Positions 39,521 to 52,659 of a DNA stretch of 64,000 nucleotides are shown piece after piece (positions within the stretch are counted from its first letter, which is position 1; every line of letters starts with the position of its first letter). The stretch is from NCBI RefSeq assembly GCF_009914755.1, contig NC_060925.1, one strand, 5' to 3'. The translations under genes and the position numbers were made by a program. Origin of the DNA: the human T2T-CHM13v2.0 reference genome, Homo sapiens. The notes beneath the pieces were generated by a model. It saw only the letters and a program-made list of their open reading frames with translations, did no database searches and was not told the DNA's origin.

Positions 39521-41263
39521 GATTATATATGCATATAATATATTTATATTTATGTAAAATGAATATATTATCAATGAAGGAAGCAGTTGCAGACCAAAAA
39601 TGTTAAGTTTGATGAGAGTAAGAAAGAGAAAGATTGAATGAGAACAACATGAAGAAGCCAGGATGAGCAGAGTATGTTTGTTTGCATTAAATATGAGTGT
39701 TTGAGGGTAATCATACCCAATCTCCTTTTGAATTCAGAATAAGCTAATAAATTGACCAAAAAAATCAAAGTGATAGAGTTCAAACTATCTACCTTATCAC
39801 TGGTTAAAGCTGGTTTAGAAAATATATATGAGCCACAATTAGGCCTCTATCAACACTCCACTAACGTCTAAACCTTGAGAAAAGCCCACTCATCCCATAT
39901 GTGTTGAACTCTAATAGAGGATATGGAAAGAGATGGGGTCTCCAGACCTGCCTTCAGAAGGGAAGCTTCAGCCCTGACCCTGGCTGCTCGCCATCTGGAA
40001 CTTGGAGCAGAACCAAACACCCATTCTCTGGGTAGGTAAGAAAATAAAAAATTCAGAAAGATGGGGATATGCATCACCATTTCTTTTCCTCAATCATAAC
40101 CAACTATGTGAGTAAAGCATCAGAAAGAAAGGTGGAACCTACTTCCAAAAAAAAAAAAAAAGAGGAAATCCTGACAAAATTTGAAGCAAATTGATTCCAA
40201 AGAAGTTTAGGTAAAAATAAGAACATCTGATAATTTAATCCTAGCAGATTTTCAAAGTAATGGGATTTAATATGCCATCACAAGTGTTTCTCAGAGAGAA
40301 GAAGAGATGCTTTTCTTCCTTGTTTTTGGAGAAAATCAACACAAGGATAATAAAGTGCTTAGATATAGCTCTGTTAACCGTTTCTATGACATTTGATTTT
40401 CCCACATTTCTCTCTAGCAATGGAGAAGCAATAATCTGCTGAGTAAGTGGGAAAGGTGTGGTGGGGCTGGAAGGGAGAGATTTCAGAGAGATATGTATTT
40501 AAAACACATTGCAAACAAAGATGTTAATCAATTTTCTCATTGAAGAAAACTGATGATGGATGTTTTCACACAAAAGAATATGGATCATAAGACAGAATGA
40601 AAATAACATACACATCTGAGAAACCAGTAAACATTCTTTTTGAGAATGAGTATGCCTGTCATGCTCAGGCAGGTGCCCATCTTCTATACCTAATTCTTCT
40701 AGGTAAGAAAGTTATTCATACAGAAAAATCAATCCTCAGAATGTTTGCATGTTTACAAATAGCTTACCTTTCTAAAACATGTCCCATATGATCTGTTCCC
40801 ACCTCAATGAGTGAACTCATGGGCTCCATGAGACTTGAGAATTTAATAGTCACATTGTCCTCCACATTCCGTTGTTTAGCAAGTCTCATGGCTGTAAGAA
40901 TTTGAAGGATGTCTTGCTTTGCCCAGCACTTGCCTCATCTGCACTCATTCTCTTATGAGGTGTGTCATATGAATGTCATTTTAAATAAAAGGCAACTCTT
41001 TGCATTTAACTAATTTTATGTTTTATGTTATTCAAGTGCTCACAAGAGCTTGCTTAGTTAAACATTTGTAGGTGCCAGTTGACCTCAAGGGGAAACTCTG
41101 AAATGTTCTCTCAAAAGTCTAGGATTTGTATAATTTCTTTGATGCCTGGCTTTGCTTTATTATATGATGAGCAGATGTGTATTATTCTGATATACAGTAT
41201 TAACTAAGTTACAGTTTTAGTTGATTAAATAAGTAAAGGGAAACATGTTGGTTAATCTACATA

Positions 41264-41264
<1 letters not shown>

Positions 41265-41308
<44 letters not shown>
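41265..41308. repeat. (AC)22 microsatellite
   Basis: Perfect repeat. Confidence 0.97.
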
Positions 41309-41310
<2 letters not shown>

Positions 41311-42298
41311 AAAATCTGATCTAAGCAATCAAGGTGAGGAGCAACTGGAATATACGAAATAAAGCAGGGAGGTTTTACCAGAGAAGAATGCTGAGAAGGA
41401 TGGAAAGAGGGAAGAACTACATTGTCAGTGAGAAAGAAGGAAAGCTAGAAAGTTGGGCAGCAAAGTATAGAAAGTGGCAGCTATTAGCATTTGTGTGAAC
41501 TGTGGACCCATTTTGTTTGATAAAGAATTGAAACTCTTTTCAGAAGAATATGTGTAACTATCCATATGTAAAAGTTTGCATATATGTTCATAAGTGGAAG
41601 TTAGGAGTTCTCTATCCAGCACAATGCCATAAAATGTGCATTTTAAAGACAACACATGGACCAAAGTATGTCGAAAATCTAGTTGTGCTTTAAAGGACAT
41701 TCAAAGATTCAGAGATTAAGCTATAATTTTCTTTTTAACACAAGGGCAAAAAGTAGTGAAAAATACATAGTCTTACTCCCCGGAAGAAAAGTGAACCTGA
41801 ATATGATGCTTCTGGACAAGTGCCTACAGGCTAGACAGATTTCCCACTATTTCTGGAAATTGAACAAGTTACTTGAAGAGCTCTGCCAAACCCAATCCCA
41901 TTTACTTCACTTTCTCCCCTGCGGCACAGAAGTTCCCCAAGGTAGTAAGAGTCCCCTGGAAATGCGAGTTTAACATGATCCATTGTCAACTTGAGCAATT
42001 TCGAATTCCTCCTGGTAACTGACCAAAGGATTTTTATAACTAGTTGTGACTTTCTTAAATTTCTATTTTTAAACAGGTGTCACTATAGAGCCGGAATGAC
42101 CTGTTTCCAGGTTAATGAACAAGCAAGCATAAATAGATATTCACAAAGAGATGATAATTTTCATTTAAGTAATAATTACAAATTTAAGAGCCTTTTATGG
42201 TCCTACACACCTAAGCATCTATAACCTTTTTTTCTCAGTTACTTAATATTTTCTCTGCAGTATCTCGTAGAAACCATAAACAAACTGTAAAGTCACTC

Positions 42299-42373
42299 CT
42301 TAGTAAATTTAGTGCATCTTAAAGGAATGTGGTATCTTAGTAAATTTATGTGCATCTTATGAGAATATGGTAT
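42299..42373. repeat. 37/38-bp tandem duplication
   Basis: cttagtaaatttagtgcatcttaaaggaatgtggtat / cttagtaaatttatgtgcatcttatgagaatatggtat. Confidence 0.9.
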
Positions 42374-42929
42374 CTCATTTTGACTTCTACAGCAAGCTGT
42401 AGAACACTGAGGTATAGGCAGTCTGTTCAGAAAACTGGTTGTCAAGGAAACAGCACCTTCATCCAATTAAAAAACCAAAGGGATCTTCCAACAACATCTT
42501 GGGGAGGAAATATTTAAGCATTTCCTGCCCCTGTGCATGTTTTACTTTGATCTATAGATGAGGATATTAGTGGTTTTATTAGTTTCTTTATAAATCAGTT
42601 TTTAAAAATGTTTTTCTCCATTAAATCTTAAACAGGAAGACAAAACTGATGTGTTTACAGGTATTAATACTCATTTTACATTTCATGGCTCTTCTCAGAG
42701 CATCCTTAGCATATGTTAGAAAAAGTTTACATGAATCAAACAGAAAAAGGTTCTAAATCTCTTTTACGTGGCAAGCATTCGATTTTCTAACAATCAAAAT
42801 ATAAAACCGCAGCACACAACTCCTCACTCTCTTTTCTTCTTGACTAGCTCACATGGTTCTGACGTGTACAGAGACTAGCTAATGGGAGAAACATGGAGTG
42901 AAATGCTTCGAGAATGATCCAGAATTAAG

Positions 42930-43072
42930 TTCCAGAGACAACATTTATTAGCTATTGCTTCATGTGTCTAAGCCCCCCTTTTTCTTATCTGTAAAAGGAA
43001 AATAATAATACTCCATCCAGGCAATTGTGGTAAAGAAACACTAAAGCGAAATATGATAGTGTTTTGTAAATC
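42930..43072 (+). mobile_element. MIR remnant
   Basis: 'ttttcttatctgtaaaaggaaaataataatac', 'agtgttttgtaaa'. Confidence 0.55.
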
Positions 43073-43139
43073 ACAAGAGACAACTGCAACCAGGATGAGA
43101 GGTACGTGAAACACGGTGCTGCATTAGGTGCATACAGGA

Positions 43140-43340
43140 CGGTGCATACAGGAGCTAGACAGACCCGCATTATAACCCTGAATCATCTACTTGTTGACTG
43201 TGTCATTTCAGGAAAATTTTTCATAGGTCTCAATGATCTCATCTGTAAAACAGGCATAATAATATATACGGGTAGTTTAAAGGATGTTATGAGGCCTTAA
43301 TGAGATACTACATGTAAAGCCATTAGCAGTGTCTAAAGTA
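43140..43340 (+). mobile_element. MIR
   Basis: 'ggagctagacagacc', 'ctcatctgtaaaacaggcataataata', 'atgagatactacatgtaaagc'. Confidence 0.8.
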
Positions 43341-43889
43341 TCTCTCACTGTCAGGAAATGGAAGAATGCTTAACTTCTTAAATCCCCAACAGATGAAATA
43401 CTTTCTGGAAAAAGCAGAGATGTATCTTATGAGTAGCAATAAGAAGTGAGTTGGTTCATTTTGAGAGGGGTTGATACATTTTGAGAGAAAAATTTGAGTT
43501 TCAGAAGTAGAAGTCATGAAAGGTGAAAGTTCTTGAAATAGCAGCTAACATCTTGAAGAAAAGGGTGATTTTCTATATTATTTAGTAATTTGGAAATGAC
43601 TATTGACTTGCCCTTCCCAGCAATAACTGCAACGTGATGACATTATTGATAGGTACACATGAATTTTAATAGATAATTTGTATATTATACATCTTTGTAT
43701 TTTACCTGCCACCACCCATTTCAAATCTTCATGATTTTATTCCAAGATTACTACATTATCTTTGTCATTATTATCTCCCACAAATGGTTACAACATTAAT
43801 ATTACTAAAGTAACATTTTTCATCATGGGATTCTCTAGGGAAAGAAGGAATTCTACTATGTGTTCCATTACAACCAAGAGCCACTCCAA

Positions 43890-44290
43890 TCCCACATAGA
43901 CCTGCCTTTTGAATCCTGTCTCCCATTTCATCCAACAAGAACCCCTTCCTTTATGCAGGTTATCCCAAACTACCATTAACATTTTGGGGCACTCTTACCC
44001 CTTTTCCTTGTTTATTCAAATACCACCTATTCTTTAAAAACTGTGCTCAAGTTCTACCTTTTAACAAATGCTTCCCTAACCTCGCCAGTAAGCTCCTGAT
44101 CTCACCTTCCTCTGACTTTCCATAGCACTTCTTATCTCGCTTTCATCTGTCACTTGGTCAGATTTTGTTTTCTTTTAATATTTTTGCCTAATCTCTTCAA
44201 CTAGAGACAATAACCATTTATTAACATTTTAATAACCTTCACTGCTAGCACAATGCCTGGCACATGACATGATTCAAAATATATTTGCAG
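43890..44290 (+). mobile_element. L2 remnant
   Basis: 'ctcaagttctacctt...gcttcccta', 'ctagcacaatgcctggcacat...aaatatatttg'. Confidence 0.65.
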
Positions 44291-45144
44291 ATATACCCAA
44301 GTTTTGAAACCATAGCCTTGGCATTGTTTACATTCTGTCTATATTACATTTTCAAATAAATAGAATTCTCTCTTCACCCACACTAAAATTAACTGATGTA
44401 TTCTAAATACATGTCTGAATGCTCTCAGACTCAGCTGTCAACTCTTATTTTTGAGTAGCTAAAGGAGAGAATGATCTGACATTTCGAAAATCTTGGTACA
44501 TATCCTACTTTCTCTAGCACAAGAAAAGGTCTGTTAACCTAAAATTCCTAGCTGTGAAATTCTTCTCTTTGCCTTTCAGCTCAAGTTTTCCTTGAATGAA
44601 ATGTTATCTCCTACACAGATAACCTAAGAATAAAATAGCATCATAGAAGCAAGGCAAAAAGGTAGTTATTTTTATTGATGTGGGCAAAAGATAAACTTAA
44701 GATCTATTGCAGAAAGCATGGTTCACAGGAACATCACAGAATTAGAAATTCTTGGTTACTAAAATAGGTCTTGTTTGATAAGTATCTTCTTCCATTTCTT
44801 CACATATAAAATGGCTGCAATCATGATTTTAAATAATATGTCACTTCCCATTGTTTTCCTACTTCTATTGGGTGAATTCTAGAGAGAGTCATAATGGAAC
44901 TTCCTTCTTACACCTTCTAGAAAATTAGATGTATAGGCAACATTCATTCCGTTTCTACACTGTTCTCTGGGATTCTTAACACAATATAAAATGTCAGCCT
45001 TCAAAGAGCTACAGGTCAAAAAGGGGCATAGGTTAAATGAGATTAGAAAATCTGTTGGGTTAAAGAGGGGAAAAAAAAGCAAGTCTGTGTGAACCAAAAC
45101 TCTCCTGAAACTTAATCCCTTATAACATTTGCATAAAACGCATG

Positions 45145-45340
45145 ACTTGTAGAGCACTTGTATTTATCCCATTTTGATTCTCATAAAGACTTGTGAGGTA
45201 AGCCTTGGCTACACCTATATTCTTCCCTCTCTCAATCCGGTTTTTATTAGCATCTGAGGAAAATTGTGGTACAAAGAGATTGATGGTTTTGCCAAAATGG
45301 TGTACTATTAGTGGCTGAAGCAGGACTCTAGATTATAAAT
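45145..45340 (-). mobile_element. MIR remnant
   Basis: 'tttgattctcataaagacttgtgaggta', 'tgaggaaaattgtggtacaaagagattga'. Confidence 0.6.
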
Positions 45341-45351
45341 GGTGATCAATG

Positions 45352-45983
45352 TGTCAGAGACATTTGAACCAGAGAAAATTCATCTTAAATAAGGGCTGGG
45401 TAAAATGAGGCTGAAACTTACTGGACTGCATTCCCGGGAGGTTAGGCATTTGAAGTCATAGGATGGATAGGAGGTTGGCCCAAGATACAGGTCATAAATA
45501 CCTTGCTGATAAAACAGGTTGCAGTAAAGAAGACAGCCAAAACCCAGCAAAACCAAGATGGTAACAAGAGTGACCTCTCGTCACCCTCACTGTTCTTTCT
45601 ATGCTAATTATAATGCATTAGGATGCTAAAAGACACTTCCACCAGCACCAAAACAGTTTACAGATGCCATGGCAACATCAAGAAGTTACCCTATAGAGTG
45701 TAAAAGGGGAAGAAGCCCTCAGTTCCAGGAACTGCCCACACCTTTCCTGGATAACTCATGAATAATCCACCCCTTGTTTAACATATAATCAAGAAGTAAA
45801 AATAAGTATCCTTAGTCGGGCAGCTCAAGCTGCTGCTCTGTCTATGCACTAGCCATTCTTTATTCCTTTACTTTCTTAACAAGCTTGCTTTCACTTTACT
45901 CTGTGGATTTGCCCCAAATTCTTTCTTATGTGAGATCCAAGAACCCTTTCCTGGAGTCTGGATCGAACCCCTTTCCAGTAACA
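45352..45983 (+). mobile_element. MER41B solo LTR (ERV1)
   Basis: TGTCAGAGACATTTGAACCAGAG...CCCCTTTCCAGTAACA, 632 bp, perfect 4-bp TSD AATG (45348-45351, 45984-45987). Confidence 0.95.
45723..45731. promoter_or_regulatory. GAS (STAT) motif TTCCAGGAA inside MER41B
   Basis: Matches TTCNNNGAA where I recall the MER41B tandem GAS pair; function untested. Confidence 0.5.
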
Positions 45984-46817
45984 AATGCTCTTAACATGAG
46001 TCAAATACTTCTCAAGACACTGCTATAAAACCAAACGTATGGCACCCTCTAAATATAGCGCCCCCCCCCACCCCGCCCCCACCACCACCACTGTCCCTTT
46101 CCTAATAATTTACTGTTTAAAAGAGGTCTGATTTATACAGGAATGGCAGTGGTTCTCTGGCCCTTTCACTTGGAAATTCCTAGAAGTGGGGAGAAAAACA
46201 ACCTTCTTAGGTATTTGATAAAATGTTATGTTCATGTCTAGACATTTCTAGAAGTTCATGCAACAAGGTCGTGATTCTAGAGTAGAAATCATAGCAATGA
46301 GAGAGGACAGAACTTTTATGTTGGTGAGATTAAAACTCTTTTTACAGATCTAGCTCCCAGACAAAGAATGTCCTTCCCTCCTCCTGTGACTTCCCTTCTT
46401 ATGCTGACAGTGCAGCAGTAGCACAAAAGACTGCTGGGAACCAACAGCACCCAAATAAAGAAACTTTTCATTCGTAAGATGAGGGCATTTGAAGGGTATA
46501 TAGCCTTCAGGGACTTTATGCAACTACATCAACCACTGAAATGTTTACATGGATGCTTTTTAGTAATGTCTAAGAACTAGGTTGCCAGCCTTTATTTCTG
46601 GTTGGAATTGATTTTCATTGCTGATGAAATCTTGAAGTTCACCATTTAACAAAAGTTAACACTGTTAGGAAATTCCTCTGCAACAAAAAATAAGACTTCC
46701 CATAACAATGGGAAGGTAGTATTTTAAGGAAGGATGCATGCGATCTTTCTGAGCCTACTAAACCCTTGAACCACTGTTTTCACTGCAGCGGGGATTCAGT
46801 TGTAGCCATGGTGAGCA

Positions 46818-46992
46818 AATAATCAACAGCTAACATTCTACCACGAACACATTCATGTCCCAGATGCAGCTCTAATGCAAGTTCTCTGATGTTAGGTCAT
46901 TTATCTTCACCAGGTAACAAGAACACAACTAGTAAGTGGCAGAGCCAGAACTCAAATCCAGGCAGTGTTTCTCCAAAGACCATGCTTTCTAA
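46818..46992 (-). mobile_element. MIR
   Basis: 'cacaactagtaagtggcagagccagaactcaaatccaggcagt...ctccaaagaccatgct'. Confidence 0.8.
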
Positions 46993-48158
46993 TTCTGACT
47001 CATGTCTTTCCTCAGCTAGACTTTCATAGTACCCCTTTCTCTCTCTGAAAGTTTTGTTGAGATTGTAGAAGGCTAAAGGAGGTGAGGAAAAATATAGAAG
47101 ACCTAGCAACAACAATCTTCCATGGATGATTTCAGCCTATTTTTGTAATACACACCAAAGACTGGGAAAACAGTGAGAAATTGAACCGATGACCTGGAAA
47201 ACCAGCTCAGGTTAGGAAATGTCAAGTCAGTAGGACTTGCTGAAGGGATGGAGATGAAAGCAAATAAGATTCTCCCACACCCCCTTTTATTTTTGCTTTA
47301 TAAAATGAAAAGAAGGAAATGAGGATGATCTTCATTTTTTTGTAATAAGCCATGCTTTGTTATATGTCCTGCAAGGCAAATTCATATATACATCCTCCCC
47401 ATTGTCTGTGCAAAAACTGCACTCCTTATAGAAAGGAAATAAGTAGCAAGTAACTCTGAGACTGCAGCTAGTATTCGGCAAAAATATTTGTAACACAAGT
47501 ACATCAAAGTCACTAATTCATATTTCACTGTGCTATGAACCTGAAAATTCTCATAAAAATAGCATTTCCTGAAGTGCCACCAGGATATATTGACTGTTAA
47601 AAGTGGCACTTCCTGATTGTCTACTGACGCCCAAGTAAAGTATTTATTATGCTGTTACATTCAAGTCTTTTTTTTTATTTTCATGGTGTAATGAAAATGC
47701 ATTTGTCTACAGTAGCAGCCTTGATTCTTTCCCATTATATTTGTTCATATAATCACTAATCTGCCAAATTTAATAGTTTACTAGTCACTACAAAAACGTC
47801 TTCTGACTTTAAGTTGGAATAGGAATAAATCAGTTATATATGCTTCAGGAAAATAAATAGATATATGTGCAAATTTCAGGAAGGATTTTGTGATGTTTAC
47901 ACATTTTGCAATTTGGTCTGAGAACTTGCTATTTTCAGTATAATGGGATTTGAAATACAAATAGCTAAGTTTTATTGACCATTCTCCATGCGCCAGGCAC
48001 TGTGCTAAGTATTTTGTATGTATTAACTCATTTAATCCACGTATTAGCCCTATACAGTCAGTACTATTGATTCTACCATTTTACAGAAGCATACCGAAGG
48101 TTACTCAGTGAGTAAGTGGTACATCTCAGATTTAAACTCAAGCAGTCTGGCTGTAAAG

Positions 48159-48386
48159 TGGGATTTTTCCACCTCAGCACTATAAACATTTTAGACCAGA
48201 TAATTTTTATTGTGGGAGGCTGTTTTGTACAGTGTAGGCTGTTTATCAGTGTACGTGGCCTCTCCCTCTAGTTGCCAGTAGCACCACTTCTACCATTCTT
48301 CCTTCCAGTTGTGACAACAAAAAATGCCTTCAGGCATTGCCAATTTCCCCTGAGGGATTAAAATGCCCCTTGGATGAGAACCACTG
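48159..48386 (-). mobile_element. MER20 (hAT-Charlie MITE)
   Basis: Antisense MER20: 'acctcagcactataaacatttt', 'gccagtagcacc', 'ccagttgtgacaac', ends 'tgagaaccactg'. Confidence 0.9.
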
Positions 48387-48394
48387 CTCTAGAA

Positions 48395-48609
48395 TACACA
48401 TTCTCAAAGCAGGCAATATTGCCCTCAAGAGGACAAAATTTGGATCTAGGGGGTACAAAAAAATTCTACTCTTTAATTTATGGAGCGCAGATACATAAGC
48501 AGCACATAAACAGATATACAATATATTTGTAGCAATAAAATTTCATTTAAAAAAGTGTCTGAAATGCTCCTTAGGAAGAAAATAATGAATAAAAGGTTGA
48601 GAAACACTG
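48395..48609. mobile_element. Second hAT-Charlie-type MITE (subfamily not assigned)
   Basis: TIR-like ends 'tacacattctcaa' and 'ggttgagaaacactg'; flanked by ctctagaa/gggtagaa. Confidence 0.75.
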
Positions 48610-50069
48610 GGGTAGAACTTGTACTCTTGATCTCTATGCTATACCGCACAGTAACAGGCCAGATTTGTAAGTCTGAACTCTAGAATGAAACCTAATTTGA
48701 ATACTCCCTGAAAATGATCAAGGAGATACTCTCTCTGACTTCCTCCTAGAATGAGACCATTACCTTCACCTTCCTGAGGTTTCACCATCATCATTTCAGG
48801 CTTATGGATTGGAAAACTTGGTACCTGTGAGGTTTGGGTTCAACAAAACACTTCTATTTTTCAAACATTTTCATTCCAGCTAAAACTGCAAAACCATATT
48901 AGCGAAAAGCAATTTTTCTTAAACTTTTTAATCCTGAGTGTATTTCAAACGAAATTTATCCATATATAGTTCTCATTCATTTACTCTTAATTCATCAAGA
49001 TGGTGTTTTGTAAAAAGCAGTTAACAACGAAGGAGCTGTATGTGTGTTTTGTTTTGTTTTGTTTTTTAACTTGAACCAGGAAGTTGGGCTTTGCTAGGGC
49101 TAAATAGATTTAAAACCCTTTAACTTTTTCAATACTTAGCTAAATGTAATTGTCTCTCTTTACTAATCATTAATTTGAAGGCTACTTTTTTGATGTAAAA
49201 TGTTTTATGGTAGAAAAAGTAACAGAGTGAACAAATGCACTTCATTACAAGAAAAACTAAAAACTGGAACATAAGAACAAGAATGTGGCCAGAGAATTGT
49301 ATGTTTGCAGAATACACTGCTTCTGTAATCTAATTTGTTATAGGTTGTACTTAGTAATATAAGAATTACATATCTCTTTAAGAAGGTAGGGTTATAATTG
49401 TCAAATATTTCTCTGTTTGAAATAATGCTGTGTATTTATAGGAGACTTGCTAGAAATTCCTTCCACTTCTTCCTCCATCCCTACCCACCTCCCTACAATC
49501 TTTTAACTTTGTGGCCCCCTTTTGTCTCTTTGAACATAGCTAAAATCATTGCTAAAATAAACAGTGGGTTTCATTAGGACTAAATGTATATGAAAGAAAC
49601 AGAATAAAAATCTAGCACGCATCTTTAAAAGGTGCTTTACAATTGTGTGTTCAATTATATGTTGAACATATCCATCCAAAGGTAAATGCTAAACTTTTAG
49701 ACATGTTATATTAAAAAGCAAAGCAATCAAATGGTTTGGAAAAAGTTCTACAAAATTCTGAATAACCAAACTCTCAACTCTTTTATGAAGAGAAAAAAAT
49801 AAACTGTTTCCATATGAAAGAAGATGATATCATTTACTTTTAGTATTTCCCACACGAATCTAGCTTTTGTGTGTTATGCAAATGCATTAAAAATAGGCAA
49901 AAACAATGAATTCAAGAAATAAGTCAATATACTGAAGATACTTAAATGCAACAGAAAGGTGTAGAACTGTGCCAGCAAAAGATTGGTTTAGAGACAGTTC
50001 CAAATCATTTTTTTATATACACAATTCTACATCCACAAATAAGTACAGTGTCCTATTGAATCCATATAT

Positions 50070-50146
50070 CTATGAGATGGCCCAGAAATCTACATTTTAC
50101 AAGCTTCCCATCCAAGGTATATGCATAGTGTATCTGAGACCCATTG
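50070..50146. mobile_element. Possible MER5A remnant
   Basis: 'ggcccagaaatctacattttacaagcttccca...tgagacccattg'. Confidence 0.5.
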
Positions 50147-52659
50147 ATTTAGATAATGGTAATAACTGATTGTTGGACTAACGCAAAGGATTAGATTATC
50201 AAGTAAGACTTATGTGAGGCAGAGATCTTACCCATTGTCAAGACTTAATAAATTATTACAAGAATATAGGCACTTTTTAAAATCTTAAAGGGACCAGAGA
50301 GAGGTCTGGGATATTGAGAGGGGCTCCCAGGTCCTTCTTACCCACATTAGACATGCCCATCTGGTTCAGAATAGATGAGGTCTCTAAGTGAGGTCCAGGG
50401 TTTCCTCATACAGCGGGAGCATTTCAACTACAAAACATCTCTACCTCCAGAGAGCTGTAGAGACCACGTGAAATTCCCCAAGAGCCATGTTTGGCTTCTA
50501 CTTACTCTTAGTAATCCTTATCCAGGGACATTTTGCTAAGGACATTTCAGAGACAAGGTTTCATTCTCCTAGAACATATTATTATTTACCCAGAGTCCCA
50601 TTGAAAAGGACTGGAGGCATCCCCTGGTATAAGTCAGTGGATCACAGGCTGGCTGTTTTAACTCCTTCCTCACAAATATAAATGTAATGAGTATGCTACA
50701 GACCTGTGATATTCTATGTTGAGTGCTTTCTCAGGCTCCTGGGCTTGGACCTTCTCTATCCTTTCTACCTTAGTTTCCAAACCAACACTCACCCAAATCT
50801 TTGTTGAACTAAAACTTATGATATAACTGAGCTCCTCCTCTGATATTATTTATAATATTTTGTCATGGGTTAATTTTTCTCATGTGAAGGCTAATTCACT
50901 GTGATCAATGACTGCTTTTATTTATCGATATGACATCTAAGTTGATAGAAACAGAAATGCATAAGAATGAAATGAATCACCAATTTAAGATTTGAGGATA
51001 CAAGATAAATATTGCTGCTCTTTTCAGTTTAAACTAATTCTAGATATGACAGAGGTCTTGATATGTTTATAAGATAATTAAATATAAATAAAAATTTTAA
51101 ATAATTTAAAATACTTCCCTCTCAAAATGACAGTACCATCTTTTTCTTTCACTGAACTCATAAAATTAGATTAAGATGGTATAATTCTGATTTGTTCATT
51201 ATGAAAAGTTGCATGTTTTCAAATAGGAAATGATGTACTTCAAATGTATTATATTTTTAAAAGTTCAAATGGCAAAATATATTGGTTTGAAGGCTGATAT
51301 AATATCTCTATGGCAAAGGGACCTACAGGAAAGTTTTAGAAACCATCATATTGATTCTAATCAATTTTGCCGTGGAAAACACTAACAACCCAGCACTTGT
51401 ACTACCACAGGAAAAAAAATCCTTGGGATCCTCTGTCAATGCAAGTGGCAGGGGCACTATCCAGCTGTTTGGAGCAGCAGCAGCAGCAAGTGACAACCTA
51501 GAAAAGTATTAGGGTGCAGCATTGAGTCAGTCTCTCCATACAGGCAGTTACTATGTAAATCTTTGAGGGGTTCAGTTATTAATGCATACAGAAAGCTCAC
51601 AGCATATAGTTCCTTCCCTCTAACATTGCATGCTAGTTCAGATAAATATTTAAAGTAGCATGTACCAAAAAGTTAAAAGACAATTACTTAAAGCACTAAT
51701 TTTGTGGTAGAGACTTTCTATATAAGATGGAAGAAAGGTGAATTCAGGAAAATTGAGGAAGATGAATTGCAGAAGATGCTCATGTAGAAGGTAAGACAGT
51801 GTGAATTTGGTCCTTTTCAACTCACTGCCACCAATAAACAAGAGGCAGGAGAATGGTTGAATGTTTAATAAATAACCAGTCAAAGGAACATGTAGATGAA
51901 TGAAATAAAAATGGTGATGGTTAGGTCATGTTAAGTTATTCAGACATTCTACTCATAGTTGTTTTTTATATATCAATACATTTTTTCCTATAGCCTGGAG
52001 ATACAGTGAGATAAAACTATTTTGTATATTTAATCAAATGTCTTTTGCGTTTTCTGCTTAAATGCTCACTATAAGGATTTTTTTAGTAGAAAAAATTGCA
52101 TAGTCCTCCTCAGATCAGGTTTCTGGCCATAATAATTCATATAACCTTATGCTTTCTATCAGTGATGTTGCTAGTATCTAAGAACTATTGGCTGCAACCA
52201 TCTAGCTCCTATGAGACCTAGCAAAGGAAGTTTTTAAAAAGATATTAACAAAGGATTGTTTTTCAGTTTTTATCTGAAAAACATTAACTGACAAGGAGAC
52301 TTATGATCAACAAAAAGAAATTAAAAATGTTTACTACCCCAATAGAGTTACATGACTAAATGAAATATAGTTTCTCAGCTCTGATTCTAAATCTTTGTCT
52401 TTCCACCTGAGAAAAGGGAGAACTGAGATACAATTCACCATTATTTCCATAAAGGAATCCACACAGGGACTTTCATTCCAAATTAATCAAAAAATGAGTC
52501 TTGAATAAAACTAAACAGTTTTATACTGAATAGAAAAAAAGGCTTTTCTCTTTACAACTGTACAGAAATGAAAGAAAATAGGAATATTTGAAGCATAGGA
52601 AGAAAATATACTTTTTCAAGGGTTGTTTTTTAATCTTTATTGTAAGTGTATTCAAATAT

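Larger units (their letters stand above)
47958..48647 (-). mobile_element. MIR split by two hAT MITEs (47958-48158 and 48618-48647)
   Basis: 'tgcgccaggcactgtgctaag...tattaactcatttaatcc...gatttaaactcaagcagtctggct', resuming at 'cttgtactcttgatctctatgctatac'. Confidence 0.85.
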
